A stretch of DNA of 64,000 nt from a virus. Lineage: Duplodnaviria > Caudoviricetes. The stretch is from IMG/VR virus record IMGVR_UViG_3300037247_001786, positions 256,001 to 320,000 of that record. One strand, written 5' to 3'. Shown here one piece after another: positions 37,731-46,308 of this stretch. The notes beneath the pieces were generated by a model, which had not been told where the DNA came from, ran no database searches, and was given only the letters and a program-made list of their open reading frames with translations. Every line of letters begins with the position of its first letter. Within the stretch, counting starts at the first letter, position 1. The translations under genes and the position numbers were made by a program.

Positions 37731-38675
37731 ATGAAAATATGGGATATAAAAGAGATACCTGAACATCTTAAAAAACATTTTGCTCCAGCACCTGAACTTG
37801 GAATGGAAGATACTCCCCAAGAATTTGTTCAAAATATGGTTAAAGTTTTTCGCGAAGTAAAAAGGATATTAACACCAGATGGAACTTTTTGGTTGAATAT
37901 CGGAGATAGCTATGTATCTGCTCCAACTGGTTCAAGAGGTAAATGTACTGGTAAGGATCAAGGCTTTGGAGAGAACCATAAACATTCCGGTGCTGCTTTG
38001 AAGAGAAGAGATAAAAGACTTAAAGGGTTATCAGAAAAGAATCTTATAGGAGTTCCTTGGAGATTAGCCTTGGCTCTTCAGGACGATGGCTGGATATTGA
38101 GACAAGATATTATTTGGGCTAAACCTAATCCCATGCCGGAATCGGTAAAAGATAGATGTACTAAATCTCATGAATATATTTTTCTTCTTACCAAACAAAA
38201 AAAGTATTTTTATGACCATGAAGCTATTTTTGAAAAAGCTGCTTTTGACGGAAGGAAAGATACTAAATTAAAAGGTTCTCAAAAATATGAGAGTGGAGAG
38301 TTTCTTCCTGGAAAGAATGAGAATACTTTTCACTCCCAAGCTCATGAGAGATGGCCTAATATGAAGGATGGAGTCAGAATGAGAAATAAGCGTGACGTAT
38401 GGCATATAAATACTGCACAGTTTAAAGGTTCTCATTTCGCTGTTATGCCGATAGAGTTAGCTCAGACTTGTATTAAGGCTGGATCAGAAAAGGGAGATTG
38501 GATACTAGATCCATTTTCAGGAGCTGCTACCACTGGCGTCGCCGCATTAGGAATAGATAGAAATTATATTGGTACAGAACTTAGTCCTGACTTTAGAGAG
38601 ATAAGTTTAGAGAGATTAAATGGGGTAGACCCAATTTTTTCGGAAGAAGTAGAAGGAGTAGAAAATGATACCTAA
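37731..38675 (+). CDS. Split DNA methyltransferase, C-terminal part (SAM-binding motif)
   Basis: ELGMEDTP, WLNIGDSY, IIWAKPNPMP and LDPFSGAATTG; own TAAGGA RBS. Confidence 0.85.
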   Translation: MKIWDIKEIPEHLKKHFAPAPELGMEDTPQEFVQNMVKVFREVKRILTPDGTFWLNIGDSYVSAPTGSRGKCTGKDQGFGENHKHSGAALKRRDKRLKGLSEKNLIGVPWRLALALQDDGWILRQDIIWAKPNPMPESVKDRCTKSHEYIFLLTKQKKYFYDHEAIFEKAAFDGRKDTKLKGSQKYESGEFLPGKNENTFHSQAHERWPNMKDGVRMRNKRDVWHINTAQFKGSHFAVMPIELAQTCIKAGSEKGDWILDPFSGAATTGVAALGIDRNYIGTELSPDFREISLERLNGVDPIFSEEVEGVENDT

Positions 38676-39618
38676 AATAGATAAATACAGAGGAGCGATG
38701 TTAGGGTTGGCTGTAGGCGATGCATTAGGAGTATCTCTTGAGTTTATGCCTCCTGGAAGTTTCGTAGAAGTAACAGAGATGTTGGGAGGAGGTCCATTTA
38801 ATCTTAAACCAGGAGAATGGACAGATGACACTTCTATGGCTCTATGTCTTGCCTCTAGTTTAATAGAATGCGACAAGTTTGATGCTCATGATCAAATGAC
38901 AAGGTATTTGGATTGGAGAGATAACGGTTACATGAGTTCTAGAGGAGGAGGAAAACCATGTGTCGATATCGGAAATACTACAACTGGTGCTATATCTAAT
39001 TTTGAGGAAACGGGTGATCCATTTTCTGGTCCAAAAGAATCTCATACATCAGGTAATGGATCTATAATGAGACTTGTCCCTATTCCTTTGTATTATGGAG
39101 GTAGCCCTATTGATACTTTTGCTTTTGCAGGCGAAAGCTCAATAACAACTCATGGTTCAAAGGAGTGTAAGGATGCTTGTCGATATATGGCATTAATAAT
39201 TAATGGAGCAATTAATGGATTAGTGAAAGAAGACTTGTTATCATCAGATTATATGAAAGATATCGATTTGGATCCTCAAATAAAAGATATTGCAAATGGT
39301 TCTTTCAAAGAGAAAGAGCCTCCAGAAATAAAGGGAACAGGATATGTTGTAGAAAGTTTAGAAGCGGCTTTATGGGCTTTCTATAAGAATGATACTTTTG
39401 AAGATGGTTTAATAGCGGCAGTTAATCTTGGCGATGACGCTGATACAACAGGAGCTGTTTTTGGGCAGATAGCAGGAGCCTATTACGGAGTTGATTTTAT
39501 ACCTGAAAGATGGATAGAGAAGATAGTGGACGCTGACGGAATAATGTATATAGCTGAAACTTTATATGATATGGCGATAGAAAGATATGGAGAAGAGTAT
39601 GGGAACGACAAAGAATGA
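38665..39618 (+). CDS. draG: ADP-ribosylglycohydrolase (DraG/ARH family)
   Basis: GLAVGDALG, WTDDT, GNGSIMR and GDDADTTGA. Confidence 0.93.
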   Translation: MIPKIDKYRGAMLGLAVGDALGVSLEFMPPGSFVEVTEMLGGGPFNLKPGEWTDDTSMALCLASSLIECDKFDAHDQMTRYLDWRDNGYMSSRGGGKPCVDIGNTTTGAISNFEETGDPFSGPKESHTSGNGSIMRLVPIPLYYGGSPIDTFAFAGESSITTHGSKECKDACRYMALIINGAINGLVKEDLLSSDYMKDIDLDPQIKDIANGSFKEKEPPEIKGTGYVVESLEAALWAFYKNDTFEDGLIAAVNLGDDADTTGAVFGQIAGAYYGVDFIPERWIEKIVDADGIMYIAETLYDMAIERYGEEYGNDKE

Positions 39619-40504
39619 TATTAGAAATTGGTTAAAAGAAAAAGACAAATCAGAAGTAAGCCATGTATTGATAGTATGCGATACTTTCGATCATTCGGAC
39701 TATCCTGTTCAAGTGCCTATTGGTAAACATGTCGATGATATTATAAGTCAATATCATGGATCGGATATGCAAAAAGTAATGGAAGTTTATAATCTAAATA
39801 TGGATATAGAAGAACAGTTAAACGAGCATAGAGCTTGGAATAACCAGTCAGCTCCAAAGAAGTTGATCACTTTGAAAGATGCAATAGAGCAGAGGACAAA
39901 GAAAAGAGCTGACGAGATGAGAGATATTCCTGCGTATGATAAGTTCGGTCGTCCATGTCGAGATTTGTATTTTATGAATTTAGCGTTTGAGGTAGCATGG
40001 AAATCTATCGACCCTAATACGAAACACGGTTGTGTAGCGGTCGATAAGAGAGGAGGAGTTATAACTACTGGTTACAATGGACCTCCTCAAGGTTGTAATG
40101 ATGAAAAAATTCCCTTGACAGCTCCAGAGAAATATCGGTTTTTAGAACATTCGGAAAGGAATGTTATAGAAATTTCTGGAGCAACAGGAAGAGCCTTAGA
40201 AGGAAGCACCTTCTATGTGACAGGTTTGCCTTGTTATGAATGTTTAAGGGCGATAATGGGAGCGAGAGTTAGTAGAATCATCTACGGACCTCTTAATTCT
40301 ATTATGTGTATGGAGGAAGGGTATTTTGATGATTATGAAATATTTTTAGAAGGACATCCTTTAGTTGTAGAAAGATTTAGATACGATGAAGAACTATTTG
40401 CTAGAAATAACGAGGCAAAAAAAGCTGTAGAAAATAAACCACCCGTGAATATAGTTAAAGAGTTTAATCTAGGAAATTTTTATGGCAGAGAGACCAATAG
40501 ATAG
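39599..40504 (+). CDS. dCMP deaminase fused to an N-terminal small domain
   Basis: SIDPNTKHG, TGYNG, HSE and PCYEC zinc motif. Confidence 0.85.
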   Translation: MGTTKNDIRNWLKEKDKSEVSHVLIVCDTFDHSDYPVQVPIGKHVDDIISQYHGSDMQKVMEVYNLNMDIEEQLNEHRAWNNQSAPKKLITLKDAIEQRTKKRADEMRDIPAYDKFGRPCRDLYFMNLAFEVAWKSIDPNTKHGCVAVDKRGGVITTGYNGPPQGCNDEKIPLTAPEKYRFLEHSERNVIEISGATGRALEGSTFYVTGLPCYECLRAIMGARVSRIIYGPLNSIMCMEEGYFDDYEIFLEGHPLVVERFRYDEELFARNNEAKKAVENKPPVNIVKEFNLGNFYGRETNR

Positions 40505-41255
40505 GAGAGTTAGTCAATATTTTGAAGGAAAAATTACAGAAGAAAAATTAAATAAGCAAATAGAAGAATACCTAAAAGATGGTATCGCAAGCGGCAAGTT
40601 CACTGATAAAATAATGGCTAGACTTGACCGCAGGAAAGATGCCAACGGTAAGAAAAAAGGCAGAACGTATGCTAGATTCTTCATTGAAATATCCGAAGGC
40701 ATCCGAAAGGAACATGCTATATTTTTAAAATGGATAGAGCATATGGAGAAGATTGGCTATGAAATGAAGTGGGAAAAATATGGTACAGATGCTATTGGGT
40801 TAGCTTTTGTAGAGGTCAAAGATGATAGACCTGATTATCTGGTATCTATAAATAATTCTCCCTTTTTTGTAGTTGATGCTAAGACTTGCCCAATAGAAAC
40901 AAAGAATACTTTTAAAACAGGTGACTTAAGGCATTATGAAAAATATAATGCCAGCATGGTGGTATGTATGGGTAAAATTGGATTAGATAATCAAGAACTG
41001 AAATCATTTTCATTTTATGGACCGCTGGCCATTAGACATCTATTGAAGTTAAAAAGTACAACCTATCCAGAATTTGCTCCAAACAAACAAGCTGTTAGAG
41101 CTTCTTATAAAAAAACGATGAAAAGCAATAGGGCTCAAGTTTCTTTTGAAGAGTTATTAAAGGATGGAACTATGGAGATGGTTAAGGTAACTGAAAAGGA
41201 TCCAGAATTTAGAGGTCCTTTAAAAAGAATTATTGATGGTCACTATTTATTTTAA
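40482..41255 (+). CDS. Putative PD-(D/E)xK nuclease
   Basis: RPDYLV...VVDAK spacing; adjacent to an MTase. Confidence 0.45.
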   Translation: MAERPIDRRVSQYFEGKITEEKLNKQIEEYLKDGIASGKFTDKIMARLDRRKDANGKKKGRTYARFFIEISEGIRKEHAIFLKWIEHMEKIGYEMKWEKYGTDAIGLAFVEVKDDRPDYLVSINNSPFFVVDAKTCPIETKNTFKTGDLRHYEKYNASMVVCMGKIGLDNQELKSFSFYGPLAIRHLLKLKSTTYPEFAPNKQAVRASYKKTMKSNRAQVSFEELLKDGTMEMVKVTEKDPEFRGPLKRIIDGHYLF

Positions 41256-41266
41256 GAAGAAGTTTT

Positions 41267-41989
41267 ATGATAAACACAATTATACATGGCGATTGTAGGA
41301 AGATTTTTCCAGAGATACTAAAGGAGCATAAAGTTTCTTTAGTAGCCTCTGATCCTCCTTACAATATTTGTTTTGGCAAATATGAAGATAAGGGAGGGAA
41401 GGGGTATAAGGACAATTTACCTGATGATGAATACATAGAATTGTTATCTACATTTAAGGGGTGCCCTTCTGCTATTATACATTACCCAGAAGAGATGATG
41501 AAATACGTTGTCCCTGCTTTGGGAGTCCCTGAAGAAGTTCTAGCTTGGTGCTATCCATCTAACATAGGAAAAAAGTTTAGATTGATTAATATCTATGGCA
41601 AAAAACCTAAATTTTCAAAAGTAAGACGACCATATAAAAATCTAAATGATAAGAGGATTCAAGAACGTATCCGTAATGGTAGTAAAGGTGCTCCTTTGTA
41701 TGATTGGTTTGATGACATAAATATAGTCAAAAATGTCAGTAAGGAGAAGACAATTCACCCTTGCCCGATACCTATAGCCCTAATGGAAAGGATTATTTTA
41801 CTACTGACAGATGAGGGAGATTTAGTTATAGACCCGTTTTCTGGTTCAGGAACAACGGCTTTAGCCTGTATTAGATTAAAAAGACAATATATCGGTATAG
41901 AGATGTCAAAAAAGTATTGTGATTTAGCTAATGAGCGTATTAAATTGGAGAAAGAGAAGGTTGATATTTTTAAAGGACTTTCTACTTGA
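41267..41989 (+). CDS. DNA methyltransferase (N6-A/N4-C, beta class)
   Basis: SDPPY, HPCPIP and IDPFSGSGTT. Confidence 0.9.
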   Translation: MINTIIHGDCRKIFPEILKEHKVSLVASDPPYNICFGKYEDKGGKGYKDNLPDDEYIELLSTFKGCPSAIIHYPEEMMKYVVPALGVPEEVLAWCYPSNIGKKFRLINIYGKKPKFSKVRRPYKNLNDKRIQERIRNGSKGAPLYDWFDDINIVKNVSKEKTIHPCPIPIALMERIILLLTDEGDLVIDPFSGSGTTALACIRLKRQYIGIEMSKKYCDLANERIKLEKEKVDIFKGLST

Positions 41990-42013
41990 AAGTGATAATA
42001 TATTCGATACAAT
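41990..42013 (+). promoter_or_regulatory. Promoter motif AAGTGA-N12-TACAAT
   Basis: Directly after the MTase stop. Confidence 0.7.
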
Positions 42014-42099
42014 ATGCTTAGGTATATATTTAATAGTTCTACCATAGAATAGCGTGAGGGACTATTAAAAAAATAATATGCTATTCAGAGGGTTAAGTA

Positions 42100-42237
42100 A
42101 TGATAGCCAAAATCAAGAATTGGGGAATTTGTGCATGGGTAAAGAAAAGATCGTATGAAAGAAAAAGATATAAAGATTTAAAAGAGATAGCAAAGCAAGA
42201 AAGATTATGGGATATGAGATTAAGAGGAGAAAGATAA
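42100..42237 (+). CDS. Small basic hypothetical protein (45 aa; absent from the ORF track)
   Basis: GAGGG RBS; MIAKIKNWGICAWVKKRSY... Confidence 0.5.
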   Translation: MIAKIKNWGICAWVKKRSYERKRYKDLKEIAKQERLWDMRLRGER

Positions 42238-42253
42238 TAAAAAAAATACTTGA

Positions 42254-42277
42254 AAGTGATTAATTTTCTGGTACAAT
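42254..42277 (+). promoter_or_regulatory. Promoter motif AAGTGA-N12-TACAAT driving the structured RNA
   Basis: Predicted +1 (~42284-42285) coincides with the first base of the closing stem. Confidence 0.75.
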
Positions 42278-42284
42278 GAGTAAC

Positions 42285-42689
42285 GTAATAAAAGTATTTG
42301 CGGTGCTGTGTGAAAACGTTGAGAGGCGAAGCACTGAGACCACTTGAAAAGCTTTTATCCCGTTTGCAACCGAAGAGGTCAGGGTCAAAGAGTTTAATAG
42401 ATGGTGGGTATAAAAACTTGTCCCACGGTATCGAGGGCGTTTGGAAGCTGATCTAGACAGCAAACCATAAATCGTAGCAAGTAGCAGAGAAGTGCAGGAA
42501 AAAGATATTGTTCTGCATGGAGCCAATCTTGCCAAACACTTTTATTGCATTTTAAAAATAGAATGTCAGTGGCGTGAGTAAAAGGAGAGTTCGGAACAAT
42601 TACTTGCGTGCATTCAGGTGCAACGGCCGCAGGATACTTACGAATTATCGAAGCTGTTATCAAATTCCTGCCTGACATTTTATTTTTTT
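42285..42689 (+). ncRNA. Candidate large structured ncRNA, family unidentified
   Basis: No long + strand ORF; raised GC; closing stems 42285-42300/42533-42548 and 42553-42569/42672-42688 plus many internal helices. Confidence 0.72.
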
Positions 42690-42708
42690 ATTATGGGAAA
42701 GAAGAACT

Positions 42709-42915
42709 ATGACTAAAACTTTAATTGAGTTAAGAGAAGAATTTGAAGAGATGGCAGTAAATTGCATGTTCGATATAGAACGTAATTCAAATGGTGAATA
42801 TGAAAACACCGGAAGAAACACTTTTATGTTATGGGCAGGGTATTGGGAATGTGCTAGGATTAATGGTATAATAATCGGCAAAGATGCAGAATTTAAAAAT
42901 GCAAATAAAATTTAG
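42709..42915 (+). CDS. Hypothetical protein between the ncRNA and tmRNA
   Basis: 68 aa; the last base of its TAG is G1 of the tmRNA. Confidence 0.65.
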   Translation: MTKTLIELREEFEEMAVNCMFDIERNSNGEYENTGRNTFMLWAGYWECARINGIIIGKDAEFKNANKI

Positions 42916-43263
42916 GGGGTAAAAGGCATCGATTCCTATAGTTGAAAATTAAATAGCGTGTACGAGATGGTAGTTGGCTCGTTAAAAATCTACTAAAGTT
43001 GACTTAATTGACAACAGTTTTGCAATGGCTGCCTAGTCCGAAACTAGGTTGTTTACTCCTGATTCCTGTTAGGGAAGTAAGCACGATAACAGGATAGTTG
43101 AATGTTATTTGTCTCAAGATGACCTGATGCGAAAATGATTTGGGATAGAAAATATGAACCACGTTAATTTGGGTCAAATTTTTGAAATCTAAATAGTTAA
43201 CTACACACGTAGACGTTTAGTTGGAAAGTAGAGAAGACGCGAGTTCGAATCTCGCTACCTCCA
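42915..43263 (+). ncRNA. ssrA: tmRNA (one-piece), tag (A)DLIDNSFAMAA
   Basis: Acceptor GGGGGTA/TACCTCC-A with G3:U70; T-arm GCGAG-TTCGAAT-CTCGC; pk1 ACGAG/CTCGT + GTAG/CTAC; tag ORF 43001-43036. Confidence 0.95.
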
Positions 43264-43265
43264 AT

Positions 43266-43301
43266 AAAAGCCCTGACTTTTAATTAAGTTGGGGCTTTTT
43301 T
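43266..43301 (+). terminator. Intrinsic terminator after the tmRNA
   Basis: AAAAGCCCTGACTT-loop-AAGTTGGGGCTTTTTT. Confidence 0.85.
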
Positions 43302-43307
43302 CTTTGT

Positions 43308-43331
43308 AAGTGATTTTATTTAGGTTATAAT
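43308..43331 (+). promoter_or_regulatory. Promoter motif AAGTGA-N12-TATAAT
   Basis: Immediately after the terminator. Confidence 0.75.
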
Positions 43332-43389
43332 AGAATTTAAGTATTAGTAAATGTTAATAATAATTTTAATTAAAGTAAAGGACGTAAAA

Positions 43390-43557
43390 ATGAAGAATGA
43401 AAAGAAACAATCAGTTTTGGAAGAGTATTGTAGTTACGAAGCAATCCCTGCGGCTAAAAAAGCATGGATCACAATTAGAGCTAAAAAAGATGGTAAGAAT
43501 CCCGTAATGGTTCATGCAGGTTATAAAGCTCATTTTAGTAGACGTAACAAGAAGTAA
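43390..43557 (+). CDS. Small basic hypothetical protein
   Basis: AAGGA RBS before ATG 43390. Confidence 0.65.
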   Translation: MKNEKKQSVLEEYCSYEAIPAAKKAWITIRAKKDGKNPVMVHAGYKAHFSRRNKK

Positions 43558-43574
43558 ATAAACTTCTTACTTGA

Positions 43575-43599
43575 AAGTGATTTTATTATATGATATATT
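43575..43599 (+). promoter_or_regulatory. Promoter motif AAGTGA-N13-TATATT
   Basis: Spacing is one nt longer than the other copies. Confidence 0.55.
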
Positions 43600-43623
43600 A
43601 GGGTTTTAGAGAAAGGTCTGATT

Positions 43624-44205
43624 ATGAGTTTAAAATTAATCGCAGAAACTAAGTGGTTAAAATTCTTTACGCGTACTTATCAAGATAAGAAAGAATTATG
43701 GCGTAAATGGGATTTCATTTCGAGAAAAGATAATCCTGATAACAAAACCGATAGGGCTGACGCTGTCGTTATCGTTCCTTTCTTAGAAGATGGGAGAATG
43801 GTTCTTATTAAACAATTTAGACCTGCAATTAATGATTATATCATAGAAAGTGTAGCAGGCTTAATCGACCCAACTGATAAAGATATCGATGACGCTGCTA
43901 TTAGAGAATTAGAAGAGGAAGTTGGTTTAGAGATAACTTCTTACTGGGGCTATAATCAAAAATTATATAACTCAGTGGGCATCACTGACGAAAGTTGTTC
44001 TTATATTTTCTGCAAGGCAAAAGGGGAACCTTCTACAGAAAAAAATGAAGATTCTGAAGATATTGAGATAGTTATTGTCAATAGGGAAGAAGCTAGAGAA
44101 TTAACTTTTGATGTTAAGCAAAAAATATCTGCAAAATGTTGGCTAGTTCTTATGGCTTATGCTAATGGTTTTGATTGGTATGAAGATGGAGGAAATAAAT
44201 TTTGA
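43624..44205 (+). CDS. Nudix hydrolase, ADP-ribose pyrophosphatase-like
   Basis: LIKQFRP and Nudix box AGLID...AAIRELEEEVG. Confidence 0.88.
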   Translation: MSLKLIAETKWLKFFTRTYQDKKELWRKWDFISRKDNPDNKTDRADAVVIVPFLEDGRMVLIKQFRPAINDYIIESVAGLIDPTDKDIDDAAIRELEEEVGLEITSYWGYNQKLYNSVGITDESCSYIFCKAKGEPSTEKNEDSEDIEIVIVNREEARELTFDVKQKISAKCWLVLMAYANGFDWYEDGGNKF

Positions 44206-44765
44206 GTATATTAGAATTTTATAGAGATAATGAACCAAATCAAGAGGGTCTATTTCTCAGCGATATTATAAAGTTTAATGATGAACAACTTGAAGATAAT
44301 CATTGTTATATTCAATGGCTATTTCCTCTTAAAGAGGCAAGTTCCTGCGTTCCTGGGTCTCCTGTCTTGACAGAGGAAGATATAGAAGTTTTTACCTCTC
44401 ACCCCATGACCACTGAAGAGATGGGAGAGAATTTAAAATTAAGAGGGAAGTTTATAGATGCGTTTTATCTGATGATTCATTTTTATGGATTAAGATTAGA
44501 AATTTCAAAAGACGAAATGCCCAAATTGACGAATCTTTTTATAGCAATCGACCCGAACACATTCGACAGTAAATCGAAAAAATGGATTACTCCCAAAAAT
44601 CATAATTTTTTAAGAATAACTCGTATACTACGCTCTTTGATATTGTTAGGTCATGAGAGTTCAGCGAATATGTTCTATAAGTGTCTTTGTGAAATATATG
44701 AAGACCATAAAGATATCATAGGGTCTACAACAAAACAATTTTGGGACGAATCGATGGAGATATAA
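44202..44765 (+). CDS. OGFr-like (opioid growth factor receptor conserved region) protein
   Basis: HCYIQWLFP and NHNFLRITRILRSL. Confidence 0.85.
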   Translation: MSILEFYRDNEPNQEGLFLSDIIKFNDEQLEDNHCYIQWLFPLKEASSCVPGSPVLTEEDIEVFTSHPMTTEEMGENLKLRGKFIDAFYLMIHFYGLRLEISKDEMPKLTNLFIAIDPNTFDSKSKKWITPKNHNFLRITRILRSLILLGHESSANMFYKCLCEIYEDHKDIIGSTTKQFWDESMEI

Positions 44766-44767
44766 AA

Positions 44768-45010
44768 ATTCCAACTTATCAATATCTATGTGAAAATTGT
44801 GAACATACTTTTGAGAAGATGCAGTCTATGTCTGCTGGCTCTTTAAGGAAGTGCCCAGAGTGTAAAAAACTTAAATTGGTTCGACTTATTGGAACTGGTT
44901 CAGGGATAATATTCAAGGGAGATGGATTTTACGAAACAGATTATAATAGAAGTAAGGATTATAAGAAGAGAAAGAATAAGGGCAAAGATAAGGTTAAAAA
45001 AGGGGCATAA
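44768..45010 (+). CDS. FmdB-family zinc-ribbon protein (probable ATT start)
   Basis: (M)PTYQYLCENC...CPEC...GIIFKGDGFYETDY; GGAGA 7 nt before ATT. Confidence 0.8.
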   Translation: MPTYQYLCENCEHTFEKMQSMSAGSLRKCPECKKLKLVRLIGTGSGIIFKGDGFYETDYNRSKDYKKRKNKGKDKVKKGA

Positions 45011-45074
45011 GAGGATATTTCTCTTTTTTAATTGAATTATAATATATCTGCAATTTTAAAGATGGAGGTATATT

Positions 45075-45674
45075 ATGTTAAAGAGTGCTATCCTGAGTTT
45101 AGTTTTAATTTTTGTTATGATGTTGTCAAGCTGTTCCTTTCCTCAAGTGGTAGAAAAAGAAGTTGAATTTTGTAAGCAAAGTTATTTTATTAACTATGCT
45201 CTTGATCAGATGATTGAACAAATGCCAGATATAGATATGGTTAGTAAAAAAATATCATTGGTAAAGTTCGATACGAATATCGAAGATGATGTAATAAAAG
45301 AAAAAATATTAAATCATTTTACTGAAAAATTTAATAAAGATATCGTAGAGTTGGTCCCTCTTAAAGATTCAAATTACATATTAATTGTCGCTGTAAACCA
45401 TAGCGATCAAAAGGTAATGGTAACAGAAGCTTCTATTGGGGAGACTAAAGAAAAATCTAAAGGAGAATTTTTAAAAGTAAATTTTACTTTTGATGACCCT
45501 TTACTGTTTTCAAAAAACATATATAAATATCATACTAAACATGATGGAACTGTAACGTTAGTAATGATAATGGTAATTGACATGAGAACAGAAGAAACTA
45601 TTTATACCGATAACGCTACTTTTATAAATGTTTATAAGAGTTCCGGGAAGAGAACATTAAAAACTATTAACTAG
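45075..45674 (+). CDS. Putative lipoprotein
   Basis: Hydrophobic signal ending LSSC; GGAGG RBS. Confidence 0.7.
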   Translation: MLKSAILSLVLIFVMMLSSCSFPQVVEKEVEFCKQSYFINYALDQMIEQMPDIDMVSKKISLVKFDTNIEDDVIKEKILNHFTEKFNKDIVELVPLKDSNYILIVAVNHSDQKVMVTEASIGETKEKSKGEFLKVNFTFDDPLLFSKNIYKYHTKHDGTVTLVMIMVIDMRTEETIYTDNATFINVYKSSGKRTLKTIN

Positions 45675-45681
45675 GAAACAC

Positions 45682-46308
45682 ATGGACGTACTATTCATCG
45701 TTGACGTAGAAGCAACTTGTTGGAAAGATAGATATGCCGCCTCAAGAAGATCTGAAATTATAGAGTTGGGAGGTACAACTCTAATGAATATTGATGGGGA
45801 ATTAGAGATATTAGGTTCTTTTTCTGAATTTATAAAACCTAAACTTCATCCTCGTCTTTCTAATTTTTGTAAAAAACTCACATCTATAAAACAAGAAGAT
45901 GTGAATAATGCCGATAACTTTACCAATGCTCTTAAAAGTTTTAGAGAAAAAGCAAAGGCAACAGTTAATGGAATGAGCTGTAGACGAATGATATTCGCTT
46001 CATGGAGTCCATACGATAGGAAGCAGATTAGACAAGATTGCAAACTTCATGAACTACGTTATCCATTCGGAAGGTATTGGGATCTCGAGAAAAGTTTTTC
46101 TGGCTACAAAAAGGAACAAAGATTATACAGTGTAACAAATGCCCTAATATCACTTGGAGAAGAATATAAGGGACAAATACATAGAGCTATATCAGACGCA
46201 GAAAATACCGCAACAATAGTTCAAAAATCAATGTCGGTAAATTGGAAGAAATATTTTGAAAAATTCGAAGAAGAAGCAAAAAGAAAAAGAATTCGTAGTG
46301 GTAAATAA
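45682..46308 (+). CDS. DEDDh 3'-5' exonuclease (ERI1/KapD-like)
   Basis: VDVEAT, EIIELG, LTSIKQ, SWSPYD and HRAISDA. Confidence 0.88.
   Translation: MDVLFIVDVEATCWKDRYAASRRSEIIELGGTTLMNIDGELEILGSFSEFIKPKLHPRLSNFCKKLTSIKQEDVNNADNFTNALKSFREKAKATVNGMSCRRMIFASWSPYDRKQIRQDCKLHELRYPFGRYWDLEKSFSGYKKEQRLYSVTNALISLGEEYKGQIHRAISDAENTATIVQKSMSVNWKKYFEKFEEEAKRKRIRSGK

Noticed and set aside
37600-37800. Split intein at the MTase break
   Set aside because: Extensions are only ~30 and ~21 aa, with no N-terminal Cys/Ser block and no terminal His-Asn
42031-42086. Alternative hairpins in the leader of the 45-aa ORF
   Set aside because: Short AT-rich stems (TTAATAGTT/GACTATTAA, GAATAGC/GCTATTC) are plausible by chance
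42260-42678. Antisense ORFs 42260-42535 and 42394-42678
   Set aside because: They overlap each other, have no recognisable motif, oppose the promoter, and are expected by chance in a higher-GC stretch
42285-42689. RNase P RNA, SRP RNA or group I/II intron identity for the structured RNA
   Set aside because: The size fits RNase P, but GAGGAAAGUCC and ACAGAA..CGGCUUA are absent; no SRP CAGG..GNRA..AGCA helix, group II domain V or group I P7/S motifs
43235-43263. Stand-alone tRNA gene
   Set aside because: The T-arm belongs to the tmRNA; no other T-loop/cloverleaf was noticed
34017-44205. NAD reconstitution pathway (NARP)
   Set aside because: No PRPP-synthetase-like, Namat, Nampt or NMNAT gene is visible; the NadR-like ORF has only the kinase domain
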